Origin: Antedon mediterranea
Lineage: Eukaryota; Animalia; Echinodermata
DNA length: 64,000 nucleotides
NCBI RefSeq assembly: GCF_964355755.1
Contig: NC_092678.1
Location: 16,225,881-16,289,880, forward strand
Direction: 5' to 3'
The notes under the pieces were generated by a model that was given only the letters and a program-made list of their open reading frames with translations, had not been told where the DNA came from and searched no databases. Every line of letters starts with the position of its first letter. The first letter of the stretch is position 1. Both the position numbers and the translations under genes were made by a program. Below, one piece after another: positions 15,001 to 27,000 of the stretch.

Positions 15001-16221
15001 TTTAAATCTATAAAACATATACTGTACAATACAGTAAACACAATAGATTTTGAATGACCCAATAATCCTTAAAACAAAAAATTAGTTTCCATTGGGGTCC
15101 TAAAAAAGTGTTTTTTAAAACAACACAAAAACACTGTCAAACCAAAAATGTTAATATCATGTGCCGTAAATAATGTTTTCCCATTTTAATGTACTATTTC
15201 ACACACATTTTGTAATGGGCGTTCAAATACCAACCTATAGTGTGCACCGTCACTGTCTATAACTGCTATGCTTCCGTGTACATCATCAGTAGTGCCTATT
15301 CTAGCATTCAATTTATATAAGAGGACGAAGTTAACTATATGATTGTATATTTTGGTTTTAATTAGGTTCCAACACACACAACAATGGAAACCCAGCTGGA
15401 GATGGGCAAGCTGGAGATGCAGGAGAAGGCAGAGGGGGTAAGATTCACAAACTGAATAGCTTTAAATTCTGTTAAATACCTGTGCCAAACATTCGACTTA
15501 TCACTAAGTTTACCTGTGGCCATCTTATGCAATATACAATAATTTTTATTGAAAACTTTTTACTGGATTCCCTCATAAAGCCACATTTTTTTGAAAAGCT
15601 TAGCACAAAATTCTAACTATAGAATTAGTTAATTATAATTAATTTAATTAATAATTAAATAAATTAGTATTGAATTGTCATGATTGATAATTGTTTTACA
15701 ATGCTGTTCTTTGTTACCCTCATTTCAAAACAAAACCAAATCCCATCCCAAATTGAATAAATAAAAAAAAAAAAAAAAATAAAATAAACTTTGTAATTCT
15801 TTTTCATATTTTAGGTACAGACCGCAATAACATTGTGCAGATAGCAGATGCCCTTGATAATTACCCTTTGCCCTTTGACATGACCAGCATGTGGCAGAAC
15901 GCAAATGTCATCTGGATGCACACACAGGATTCCTCAGAAACCCAACTGCCTGATATAGCAGCCGTTGATCTGGCCGTCAGTATGGCTTCTGCTGGATATT
16001 ACCAATGTATGTCAGCGGCAACGTGCGGAGGTCAATCGGCCCAAAATAAAAACAAGATTAACAATCTGCTTGACAATGCGCCTGCTTCGTACAAAGGAGC
16101 ATTGTTACAAATTAGCGCTGGTGAATATCATTACATGTGTACGAGAAATAACAATTTTACCAATCGTAGTCAGAAAGGAATGCTGGTTGTTAAAGAAACA
16201 AATAATGCGAAAAAGAAATAA
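3..16221 (+). CDS. DD3-3-like secreted protein (Dictyostelium DD3-3 homologue), 12 exons, ~682 aa
   Basis: Exons 3-143, 1248-1325, 7019-7211, 10595-10774, 11375-11567, 12407-12576, 12904-13153, 13764-13826, 14147-14304, 14748-14891, 15366-15437, 15815-16221. All GT-AG and phase-consistent (2049 nt). Signal peptide followed by [77 protein letters not shown] and [16 protein letters not shown], recognised as DD3-3 family motifs. Confidence 0.88.
879..1038. mobile_element. MITE with TIR AAAGCTCTGTCTACACTATCAAA
   Basis: Inverted termini. Degenerate relatives at ~11748-11856 and ~17270-17355. Confidence 0.7.
1624..1695 (+). pseudogene. tRNA-like sequence (pseudo-tRNA or SINE head, anticodon loop CTAGTGA)
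   Basis: A-box TGGTCTAGAGG and T-arm GTGGG-TTCAAGT-CCCAC. Acceptor and D stems are mismatched. Confidence 0.5.
2400..3060. repeat. Degenerate ~200-220 bp tandem repeat (~3 units; partial copy ~3845-4010)
   Basis: GTTACA..AGAACTAATT...TTATCAAA.ATCTT recurs at ~2443, ~2643 and ~2865. Confidence 0.65.
3147..3741. mobile_element. Non-autonomous DNA transposon, possibly PIF/Harbinger-like
   Basis: TIR GCCAATTTACACAGAC / GTCTGTGTAAATTGGC with T/A-rich flanks. Partial copy at ~37923-38060. Confidence 0.65.
6181..6536 (-). mobile_element. RTE-clade LINE 3' fragment
   Basis: ORF end [15 protein letters not shown]...[12 protein letters not shown] followed by a (TGA)n tail. Confidence 0.8.
7345..9674. 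mobile_element. TIR element (AT-flanked) carrying a nested Helitron
   Basis: TIR AGAGAGGTTTCGCAA..ACGAATACGATAA / TTATCGTATTCGT..TTGCGAAACCTTCCT. An uninterrupted, 5'-truncated copy lies at ~51228-51668. Confidence 0.75.
7597..9437 (+). mobile_element. Non-autonomous Helitron
   Basis: Begins TC and ends CTAG with the terminal hairpin CTAGATGGTACGC-GAGCGAAGCGA-GCGTACCATCTAG. Inserted between A and T with no TSD; the empty site GACA|TTTTAGTAAA is visible at ~51402-51415. Confidence 0.8.
10068..10400 (-). mobile_element. tRNA-derived SINE (Deu/Nin-domain-like) with a triplicated head
   Basis: Same family as 26955-27249 and 31582-31910. GCTCGGCCACTCAC x3 at 10329-10400. Sits inside an ATTAGGTATCTAAT minisatellite. 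Confidence 0.75.
10820..11325. repeat. Degenerate AATTGAATAAG-type tandem repeat
   Basis: Recurring AATTGAATAA/GTTGAATAA units with a ~180-190 bp higher-order duplication. Confidence 0.55.
11938..12283. mobile_element. Mutator-like MITE
   Basis: ~40 bp TIR GCATTATTTTTTT..ATCCAATTAAGCCAGAAATCATGA. 9-bp TSD ACCCTGGAG (11929-11937, 12284-12292). Confidence 0.8.
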
Positions 16222-18382
16222 GTATTTAACTCATCATTATAATAATAATAATAATAAAATCTTTATTTTTGCAAAGTATTGTAATAAAAATTAAAATCAA
16301 GGTTAAAAAAAAAATCAAAATGTTAGTCTTTAAAGATTTTAAGGGTATTTGAATTTTTCAGATTATTGTTTAGGTAATTCCACGGTTGAGCGTCACGATA
16401 TGTTAAACTTCTTTTTTTATATTCTGTATTTGGCTTGGGTAGGTAAACGTTGTTTGTTGACCTTGTGTTGTATTCGTTCTGCCTTTGTAAAATCCTATTT
16501 CTTAAATAATTCTGTGGTAGAGAAGAGGATCAGTCATAATTAATGTTAGTACCATAGCAAGTCGAATACTGTCTTGATAAATGTCCAGATAGAACACTTT
16601 TTTATGACAATTTACTACCCTTCGATGTTAATTTTACAAACAACCACCACCCAGAAAAGTATACCTTAGGACACTTATTCCTCGGAAAGCGAGGTTGGTA
16701 ATTGTCCTGGGAAATTTTTCTGGAAAACCTTGACAATTTTATTTTTGAAGCCTAGGTTTATACTAAGGAAAAAAATGTCATGAGCTATATCATCACTGCT
16801 AGTTGAGATTAGTCACTTAATTTTTGACCGTAAAAGTCTATCATGGAAAACTTGATTTTGATTGAAATTTGAACATTGAAAAGAAGTGCCTTATGTTGAT
16901 TGTTTATAATAAGTAGCGAATCTGGAGAATTGACTTCATTTTATATACCAAATAATTTGTTTACAAAATGTTTTATATGGCGTTAGTTAGTTGTAAGATT
17001 AATAATATGTAAATATGGGAAATTATTTTTATAAAATTGGTAACAAATTGTAGGCCTAGTAGGAGCAATATTATTATTATTATTTTATTTTTAATTATGT
17101 TTATATATACAGTATTTTTAAACAAATGTTTTTTTAGGTATTTGTGGTATATATTTTTTATTGTATTTTTTTTTATTTAGAAAAGTGTATGCAATTTAAT
17201 GTATTATTGGCTGCTGGTGTAAAAAAAAGTGTGTCGTTCTCAAAATAATATGGTAGCGATATGCTTAAATATGGTAGTAATATGACATCATCATGTCCAT
17301 GTATAGGCACATCACATTTTTTTGTCACATAAAGTTTGATTGTGTAGACAGCTGGGCTTAAGGAATCTAACCAATTAATGTTTTTTCATAATTTTAATTA
17401 TATAAATATTATTTTTCTAAATGAATGTTATAAACAGTAATATTAGATGTAGCAGCAATTATTGGTTTACACTATTTCCAGAATTTAATAAGAAAACACA
17501 AAGGTATATACTAGTTTAGGTTTTAGAAGACGCTTTTCATCTTGGCACATATGGCGTGCCATACGTACACTTGAGTTGAATTTCAGACAAAAATATCAAA
17601 ACATACAGTACTCCATGTTGAAAACATGCCATTGAACATGTGTGTATTTTATTGACTAAAGTAGATACACTTTCTTATTTAAATTTGTTCAGTGAAAATT
17701 TCGAATATTTTCATCATAAATATGTTTCCATTACTGTAGGCCTACTATGATGTAGTATAGTATCAGCAGCGTAGTGTCGAGACCCTTTGTTTGGACAAGC
17801 TGTATATTTTAGACATAATATATTTATACGTAGGCCTATTACTCTTCTAATAGGGATGTTTAAAAATTTACAATGAAATAAGTAGTTCCAATGGTCGATG
17901 TATCAGAAATTTGTCTGCTCAAAGACGGTGTCAAAATTATACAACAAAAAAACTAGTAGGCGGAAATTGCATCCACTTGTAGTTTTAGGGGAAATTTAAT
18001 GGGTTTTTTTTAAATATCAGTTAAAACTAACATTCCACTTTTATATTTTAAACTTTCGCACGTCAGTACTTATCTTATAGTTGTGCAGCTTATGTCAAGT
18101 GGCGTATTCTTGAATATATATTGTATACTACGTCATGCAGTAAACCTATTTACAAAGAGTGTATTTTAAATTGCAAAATTCCGCTCTGCCGGTTCAGACG
18201 GTCGGAAGTCTTTTTAAATACAATTTTCTATACTAACTTCTTGTTTGATTTGTTGTGATTATTTTGTTTGTTTGACTTAAATAACTTTCTATTAGTATTA
18301 CACCCATAATATAGGCGGCAGATCCAATATAAAAGATAGTAGGCAAAGTTCTTTCAGCAATTAATTTTCCCGTTTTTACCTA

Positions 18383-18714
18383 AAGCTTGGTTCCCACTAG
18401 CGACGCAACGCAAGGACGTAACGCAACGTCCAATCACAAGCGATGGGTTTTAGTCGAACTGTCGCTTCTCCTTGGTCAACTCGCTTGCGTTGCCTCTTCG
18501 TCCTTAAAGCGTGGTTCCCACTAGCGACGCAACACAAGGACGTAACGCAACGCAAGTGAATTGACCAATCACAAGCGATGACTTATTCGTTTGTGTTTGA
18601 ACTGTCTATAACTTCGCTTGTCATTGGTTAAAACGCTTGCGTTGCGTTTACGTCCTTGCGTTACGTTCTAGTGGGAACCAAGCTTTACGTTGCGCCCTAG
18701 TGGGAACCAAGCTT
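18383..18714. mobile_element. MITE (TIR AAGC(T/G)TGGTTCCCACTAG) with a same-family copy nested at 18507-18685
   Basis: Two sets of TIRs, one inside the other. Confidence 0.8.
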
Positions 18715-20483
18715 GAACTGGATCCTTCATTGCGACTCATGATATTGTCATTCATGAAAGACATATTCACTGAGAGATTCCCTCTTTTATTTTCGTTTTT
18801 CCATAAAGTGGAAGGAATAAACAACATGGTTTCTGTGCAGAATTATGGATCGGACCTCATACCAAATTATATCGCCACTTTATATAACAATCTTTAACTT
18901 GACAAGAGCAATGACAATATACAGCAGAAAAGACAAGCGTCTTTAATAACTTTGAAAGAAATGTTGATGAACTTTGACACAATCAACGATCAAATCCAGA
19001 ACCGGAATCACGCATGTGCATACATCAGTTTTTTTAACTTTTTTTTAACTTGTTTAAGTTTTTTTTACCTCAAGGAATCCAATGGAAATAAACCTGAGTT
19101 ATTAGTTTTCTTGGAAGATCCTGATCGAAATCACCTTTTCTCCCCCTTTTTATCTCTTTTGTAAGATTTTTTAATGGTTTTTAAATATTTTACAAATATT
19201 TTAAACTTTGTTTTTTATACGGTTTTAGATGTTTTAAAATAGTTTTATCATTGTTTTATATGTTGTTTTTATACTGTTTTATTCATGAACCTTTTTTACT
19301 TGTTTTTATGTGATTTTGATCAAATAAATGAATGAATGAATGAATGAAATACAAATTCAAGAACTAATACTGAGCTGATGTAGGATGCTCGAAATAAGTC
19401 TATTATCAGAAACATCTGGGGATTCTGCAAAATTGTTTCAAACGCGCGCGATTGATTATCCAAACTATTGCTTGTGATTGGTCAATTCACCTGCGGCTCC
19501 CAACCAAATACAAATAGGCCTACCTCAAGAAAACAGTTTATTTATTTATTTTTTAATTTCACAGCAAAAATTAACAAACTTATCCAAACATTGTTTATAG
19601 CCTATATGGATAGATTTTTGTCATTTGATTGGAGGATTTGGATCACAATCATTCGCTGTTAGGCCTACATTCGCTACTACATTCAAACATTACGTCATCA
19701 AATCTAGAGTGACGTGTTTGTTTGCGTTTTTCTAAACACACGTAAGTATATGTTCTAACTATTAACATTCAACAAGTAACATTATTATACTACAAACGTC
19801 TGGAATAAACGTCTGGAATTACGACTAATCGAACTGGTAGTAGTCATTGTAATTTCGCTCATCATAGTCCTTCTTTGTTTCACGTTCCTCCGCTACATCG
19901 AGTAGAAGGTCCAAAAGCCTCTTGTTAAATGGGTTAAAGTAGTTTAGGTCTTGAAACATAACTTGAAAAAACAGGAAAATAATTTGTTATATGAAAAGAA
20001 ATGTTGGTATCATGATATAAACAGTATTTAGTATGATAATTATCATCTTTAATTCATGGTACACAAAACTATTTTACAGTAGGCCTAATAATCTTCTTTA
20101 TTAATTATTATCAATACATTTATTATCAATAATTTTATTATATGAATTAAAGATGCCAAACTGAGATGAGAGTGCATCGTCTTTGGGTTGTTATTAGTCA
20201 ATACAGTTTTTTTTATAGGCCTACGTAATTTTAGTTGCTAAGGACCAGAGATTCAGAAATAAAAGATTGAATTGAATTGAATTGAAAATTATCAAAGTTT
20301 CCTTTGGGGTTGGGCTTGATGTGGTGTCAATGAAGAGTGGACGAACGTATACTGAAAAAACGCCGATCGTTGAGTTAATTCAGTATTAGGATTGTATTTG
20401 AATATTAACAATGTTCAATGTAATAACAATGATCGTAGGCCTAATTAGTTTGGTGGTAATAATGAACATGGCTTACTTAGCTT

Positions 20484-21559
20484 GGGTGTCACGAAACCTA
20501 AGACCACGAAAGCTAAGACCCCCAAAGACCTAAGATCACGAAAGCTAAGACCCAAGACCTAAGATTACAAATATTTATCTTTCGCACCTGCCTTGTATTT
20601 TAACTCCAAACATTTATTCTGAATACCACACCTTAGAATTGGCACTTTCATGAAAAAGAATCACATAAAAAGTAACAAATACATTTTTAAATTGATGATT
20701 TTACAGACGTTTTTCTCGCACACAAAATGACTAGCCTACAGTACAGTAGGCCTACCCCATGTTCAATGTTTTTGTTTCTATGGAACGTCAAAAGAGCAAA
20801 CATTATATAGAGGGCTGAAAACTCTGTGGAGTCCATCTACAGTGTGGATGGAACAATGTAAAATTAAAATTGTAATGATAATAGTATAATCATGCAAGTA
20901 CGAAGAAATAAATACTGGCAAATAAATTTTAATTTAAAAATCATGATAAGTTTTTTTGTTTCGTTTTCTTTCTGTTTTTATACTTGTACTATTATTGTTG
21001 CTCTTTTGGCGCTCTATAGAAACAAAAACATTGAGCATGGGGAGCTCGAGAAGTTAACATTACAGTATACAAAGAAACACATCTGTAAAATCATCAATTT
21101 AAAGGATTTATTTATTTGTTATTATGTGTTTCTCCTTCTGAAAGTACAATTATAAGTCCTAATTTTAAAGTGTGGTGTTCAGGATAAAGTTAGTCAACAA
21201 ATTTGGAGTCAAAATACAAGAAAGGCAGGTGCGTAAGAAAAACATCCTCTGAACCAACACAATGGAGTAAATATATACCAACAAACAACCCGTCAAGTTT
21301 GTTTGTTGTAAAGAAAAAATATACATTTACTCAACGGGCGAAAATAATGTGAGTTTATCTATGTTTTGCGGTAGTATTAAATTATATTTATGGTAATAAA
21401 TTAAACCTACTGTGTTTAAAATTATGTATGTATAAACAAGTATTGTTTTTAAGCTGTAGTATATCTTAGTATTTGTAATCTTAGGTGTTGGGTCTTAGCT
21501 TTCGTGATCTTAGGTCTTAGGGGGTCTTAGCTTTCGTGGTCTTAGGTTTCGTGACACCC
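20484..21559. mobile_element. Mutator-like TIR element with long, internally repetitive TIRs
   Basis: TIR GGGTGTCACGAAACCTAAGACC... about 90 bp. TACTTAGCTT is duplicated at 20474-20483 and 21560-21569. Confidence 0.8.
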
Positions 21560-21885
21560 TACTTAGCTTGGTGGTAATAATAATGGTCATGGTCTACTAA
21601 GTCTGGTGGTGATACTAATAATCATAGGCCTACTTAGTTTGGTGGTAATAATAATTATCATGGCCTACTTAGCTTGGTGGTAATAATAATGATCAAAGAC
21701 CTACTTAGTTTGGTGGTAATAATAATGATTATGGCCTACTTAGTTTGCTGGCAATCATGTCCTACTTTAGTTTGGTGGTAATAACGATCATAGGCCTACT
21801 TAGTTTGGTAGTAATAATAATGATGAGCATGGCCTACTTATGTTGGTGGTAATAATAATGATCATGGCCTACTTAGTTTGTTGCA
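21560..21885. repeat. ~35-38 bp minisatellite GGCCTACTTAGTTTGGTGGTAATAATAATGATCAT (begins ~20420, split by the TIR element)
   Basis: About 9 tandem units visible. Confidence 0.8.
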
Positions 21886-24096
21886 ATATGTGCCTGTCCA
21901 TTTGATTTCGCCCCGTGCGTTTGGTGTGCATTCACACGCGTATTCTGTTTCTCCACTTTCAGTCTCTACTGATACACAATCTCCGTTGATGCAACCACCG
22001 CACTGATCTGTACCATAATAAAAACAAAATTAGAAATAGATAATTTAACATCGCCAGATATGTAGGCCGAAATTGCTAATCCTATTTTGGATTGAAATTG
22101 TATTTCGAAAAAGATGGGATGAAGGTTGATCAACATCAAACGTCCAACGTCACCATCAATCCTTCTCTCTGATGAACTAAATAATATTACTAAAACAATA
22201 ATATAGAGCAAGAGTCTGTCCCGATCATAGAACCATGGGCTTAATGTAGGCCTATTTCGTCTTGACATTTCTAAATTACCCTACTCTGATTGTTTACTTT
22301 TTTTTTAAATTAAAATCTTCAATTTTTGGATTGTTATGTAAAAAGGAGAGAATGTATAAAACGTGTAAACAAAATGTATAAGAAAATACCTCATTTTTAG
22401 AAAACAGTTTAATACTAACTCGGTAGAAAAATAGTTGGCTATTTACCTGAATTCCTGCTTGATTTAATCACGTAACTATAAGAAATCGTCACAAGAACCA
22501 AAACCAAACACAGCGTGATTTTCATTTTTGCTTTTTGCTACAAGAAAATGAAGTTATTATTAAAACTCTCGAAATTAGAATTTCTGTTTTTTTAAAGACA
22601 GAACTAGCTGGTCTACAAATCACGTCAATTGGAATCTGTTTTTAAAAGACAGAATTTGGTCTACACATCGTGGGAAACAAAATTAATTGATTCAATTAAT
22701 ATAAAAAAAAAAGTAAGACTAAATTACTAACTTCACCTGAACAACTAATCCTCAAATTGTTATGAACGCTATATATTGCTTCCACAGGACCAACTAACTG
22801 TTCTGTCTACTTCTTCACCGATATTTAACTTTGATGAACCAACAGACATCTCATATCTATTTACAGAACCTCTAAGTTGTTGCTGCAGTTTGTTCCCATA
22901 TAAAAAATAATTCAATTATGTAAATGTTGAACACTAGTTCGGTAAACATACAGTCGCCTATGTGCAAACCAGAAAATCAAACATACAATAGCCTCCTATT
23001 CTGTCTATTCTTCTCCTACCATTTTACACTTAAAACTTGATCAACAGTGGTGGGCCAATATGAGTGGTATGAGTGCATTTTAGTGTTTTCTGATCAAATA
23101 ACGCCCACTGTATGTTGACCCAGTAATCATAATGGATTTATTTTTGTCTGACTTTTCATAATATTGGAATCAACAGGTTTTGTTTGTACCCATAGAAGTA
23201 TTAAAGAAGAGAGTCAACTACTGTACAACATAAAAATCACATGTCAGGTAGAAAGCCATCATGGAAAAGTTCCTTGGTCATGAATAAAAACAAATTTCGG
23301 CATAAAATGCACAATCTGACTGCATTTTCCTATTTTCTGTATTCGTTGTCTGAATTTTGGTTTTGCTCAAAGGTACCTGATTCTTCGGCTGTCGTTAGAT
23401 AGATCATAACTGACTATTGAAAGTCAACTAATTACAAATTAGGAGAAATTACATTTCAACAACCAAAACATAGAGTTCATTAGGGGGGATTATGTTCGAC
23501 ATTTGACCAATTGACCTTAAAAATAGTGTCCCTGCTTTGCCCCCCATGATTTCGATTTAGCCTTCTTATCTCTGGTTTATACGGGCAGTATAATGGTACC
23601 GGTAACTTAAGATGTTATCTCAACAAGGCCTTCAAAATGGTTGCAGACAAAAGCATTTAATAATATTATATTCAAATCAAAAGACAATGAATCGTCAATT
23701 AAATGTTGAGATTGAAGCTATTTAAGAGCATTCATAATAATAGTGTAAAGGTCCTTTGGGGAAAGGATATTACCTCAGCTAGGCCTACATAAGTAATACA
23801 ATTGAGACCAATTTGTTCCTTGTTTAACTTAACTTCAGTCAAGAGAAGATATTTGATTGGTTGATAATTTATATAAATTCCCAATATTCACTCCTTAAAT
23901 AGCGCCACGTTAATCAGTGTACCGTGAACATATACGGATTTTAATACCATAAACAATGCGATTTAGTTTCAAATTATTGCGATGACACTCGACATGTTAA
24001 GTGTTTTTCTTCGTGGGATATTGCAGAAATTTTATTGTACAAAGACATAATTTTAAGTTATTGTTTATTCAAACTCGAACACGGCGAGCTAACATC

Positions 24097-27000
24097 ATGC
24101 TTCCAAAAGGCAAATTGCCTAAAAGGGGTAAGTTATGTATCATTGTGAAAAAATTATCTCTTTCTATTCTAAGTATTTATTCATTTCTATGTTATTGGCA
24201 CAAAGTTTTAAACTATATACATTTTATAAACATATTTGACATTGTCGTTTGCGACAAACATCTGTCATACTATATTTGTACATTACCCTTTTATATCCTA
24301 CGATTGGGTGAAGTTACAAGGTTAGGTTTAGACAACAGAAGATTGACAAATAGCAAGAATGTTGTTAACGTCAGGGAGAAACATGTAACAAGATTTTGTC
24401 GTTTACATAGGCCTACTATTTTAAGTCTTGATAACCATTAGGGCTACTGTACTGCTGTTTATTATTATTAATACATTGTACATATTAAATTAAATCCTCT
24501 ACACATTTCATGAACTAATGAAAGCCAACGTTATAGTGCACAATAACTAAATGATTCAATACGCAATGACTGTATTTAACAGAACACTATACAAACCACA
24601 TGACTCTGTACACTTTACTATAATAATTCGTACGGAATATTTTTGGCCAATAAGAACTTTCATGATAGGATTTGAAAACAAAAACATGTGTTACCAGATA
24701 TAAAGCGTGGTTCCCACTAGCGACGCAACGCAAGGACGTAATGCAATGCAAGTGAATTGACCAATCACAAGCGATGGCTTACTCGCTTGTGATTGCTAAC
24801 TGTCTATAACTTCGCTTGTCATTGGTTAAAACGCTTGCGTTGCGTTTACGTCCTTGCGTTACGTTCTAGTGGGCACCAAGCTTAAAGTCTGAGGTACGGC
24901 GGTCACATAGCCAACATGTAGTTACGTAAAGCGTGGTTCCCACTAGCGACGCAACGCAAGGACGTAACGCAACGCAAGTGAATTGACCAATCACAAGCGA
25001 TGGCTTATTCGCTTGTGATTGCTATCTGTCTATAACTTCGCTTGTCATTGGTTAAAACGCTTGCGTTGCGTTTACGTCCTTGCGTTACGTTCTAGTGGGA
25101 ACCAAGCTTTAATGATTGTTTAGCTTAATCGAAACGTCGGGAGCTAGCAGCTTACCCCAGTTGTTTTCAAAAGTAGGCCTACATACGTGGTATTTTGCGC
25201 GATAAGATATCATTATATTGGATATCAGGGCGTAAATCCACTGTGGAGATTTAGAGGGTTCATGCCAAGGATTGCGTCTTTCTTTATTTGTTCTTCAGTG
25301 TCTGTTTTCTATTTGTATGATATTGAAATAAATCATATTAAATGTTCGTCATGAAAACAACTTTCATCGCGGTAAACACTCCTTGACAATTAAACTACCT
25401 GTCAGTATGTGTTTTATTATATTATCAAGATATTCCGTAAATAAGTGAAAATTCAATTATCATTCCAAAACCAAACATTAAATATAAACATTGCATATGT
25501 TTTAATAGTTTCGTTTTTAAAATAAAATTATTTTAAAAATGTAGTTTTCAACTATGCAAACAATAGGCCTATTATTATTATTAAATTATATACTTGCCCC
25601 ATAGACTGCAACTAATACAGTATTTGTACTGTATTTGTAATTTGTTATTCAATTATTTAATATTGATATACAATTAAATTGCATTTAAATATTTTCTAAA
25701 CGCCATTACTCTTTGTTTAGGAGATATTAATCCAGGATTTCACAAACCACACATTACACACATCGCATTGTTATAGAAATACCTAATAAGCCGTTGATAT
25801 GGTTATTTAGCGTAGCTTCAAGTATGCGCTGAGACGACCGTTACTAATAATATTTTAAGGCTTATATGTAGTCAATAGAAATCTTAAAGAACAGTGCGGC
25901 TACTAATCGCCGATTGTACAATTGATATACACAAAGTTGTGCAAACCATATTTTAGGGCCTAACAGATATCCTATATGTCTTCACTTTATTGGCATTAAT
26001 CAATGTTGAAGTTTGAATGGCGCGGAGTGGAACAGAATGAAATTATACCTTAAAAACTCGAAAAAAAAGTCCAAGGTTTTATGGTATAACATGAGCAAAA
26101 AGTTACGTTAATATACTAAATAATTGGAAATAATATAAATGTATTATTTATTAATTGAAAGATTGGAAATTTCAATTTCGTACTTAAAAAGTGTTATCAT
26201 ATAGGCCTACTACTCATTTTCCCATCCATCAACCGGTCGTTAAAATGGAACGTGCCTAAAAAACATTTTTTTTTCGCAAAATGAACATAATATTTTTGAA
26301 AAGATAATACAAGTGTACCGCATCGGTTGAGTGATTTAGGATTTAGTAAACGACACTGAGTTTTTATAGAGTGATATTATTACTGATTATCTAAATACTA
26401 TCCTCATTATAAATAATGTTTTATTTAGTACATATTCAAAGCAGTCGTATTGTTCTCCAAATCTATTAATGATTTAATTGTTGAAAGGGTATCTGAACAC
26501 AAATACCTAGGAACTATAGTTATGATAAACTTAAATAGAACGCTAATTCAAAATACTTGCTGGCAAAAAGCTTAGAATAATCTTCATGTCGAACTCCAAA
26601 CGAGATCTTTAAACAAAATAGGCCACGTTATTAGATCTTGCTTAGATCTACAGACCATCAGCTGTTTTACTTCATTTATTTTTAAATATTTTTAAATATT
26701 TAAAATATCAAATTTAAAAACAATATTTGATATTTTAATATTGTGAATTGAATTTGATTGATAATATGTAAATGCACTTTTATTTATAACGAATCAAGTA
26801 AAATATGATAAAACAGAAATTAATTATTTTATTATAACTGTACTTTTTTTTAGATAAAGGACATGACAATATTGTACCCGAGTATAGATGTTTAAAGGTT
26901 CCAGTTTCAATTGATCATACGGTGAACACATCCATTCTTGTAGTAAGAGACTTTTGAAATATATATTTATACTGGGCAACCTCTTCAGTCAAAGACTGGT

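Noticed and set aside
18720-19348. Possible LINE 3' end with a (GAAT)n tail
   Set aside because: The tail is visible but no recognisable protein motif could be confirmed.
24001-24441. 146-aa single-exon ORF
   Set aside because: Only 24097-24127 appears exonic (strong GTAAGT donor); the rest is low-information intron read-through.
26470-26600. Decayed LINE RT fragment (VERVSEHKYLGTI)
   Set aside because: Too short and degenerate to delimit.
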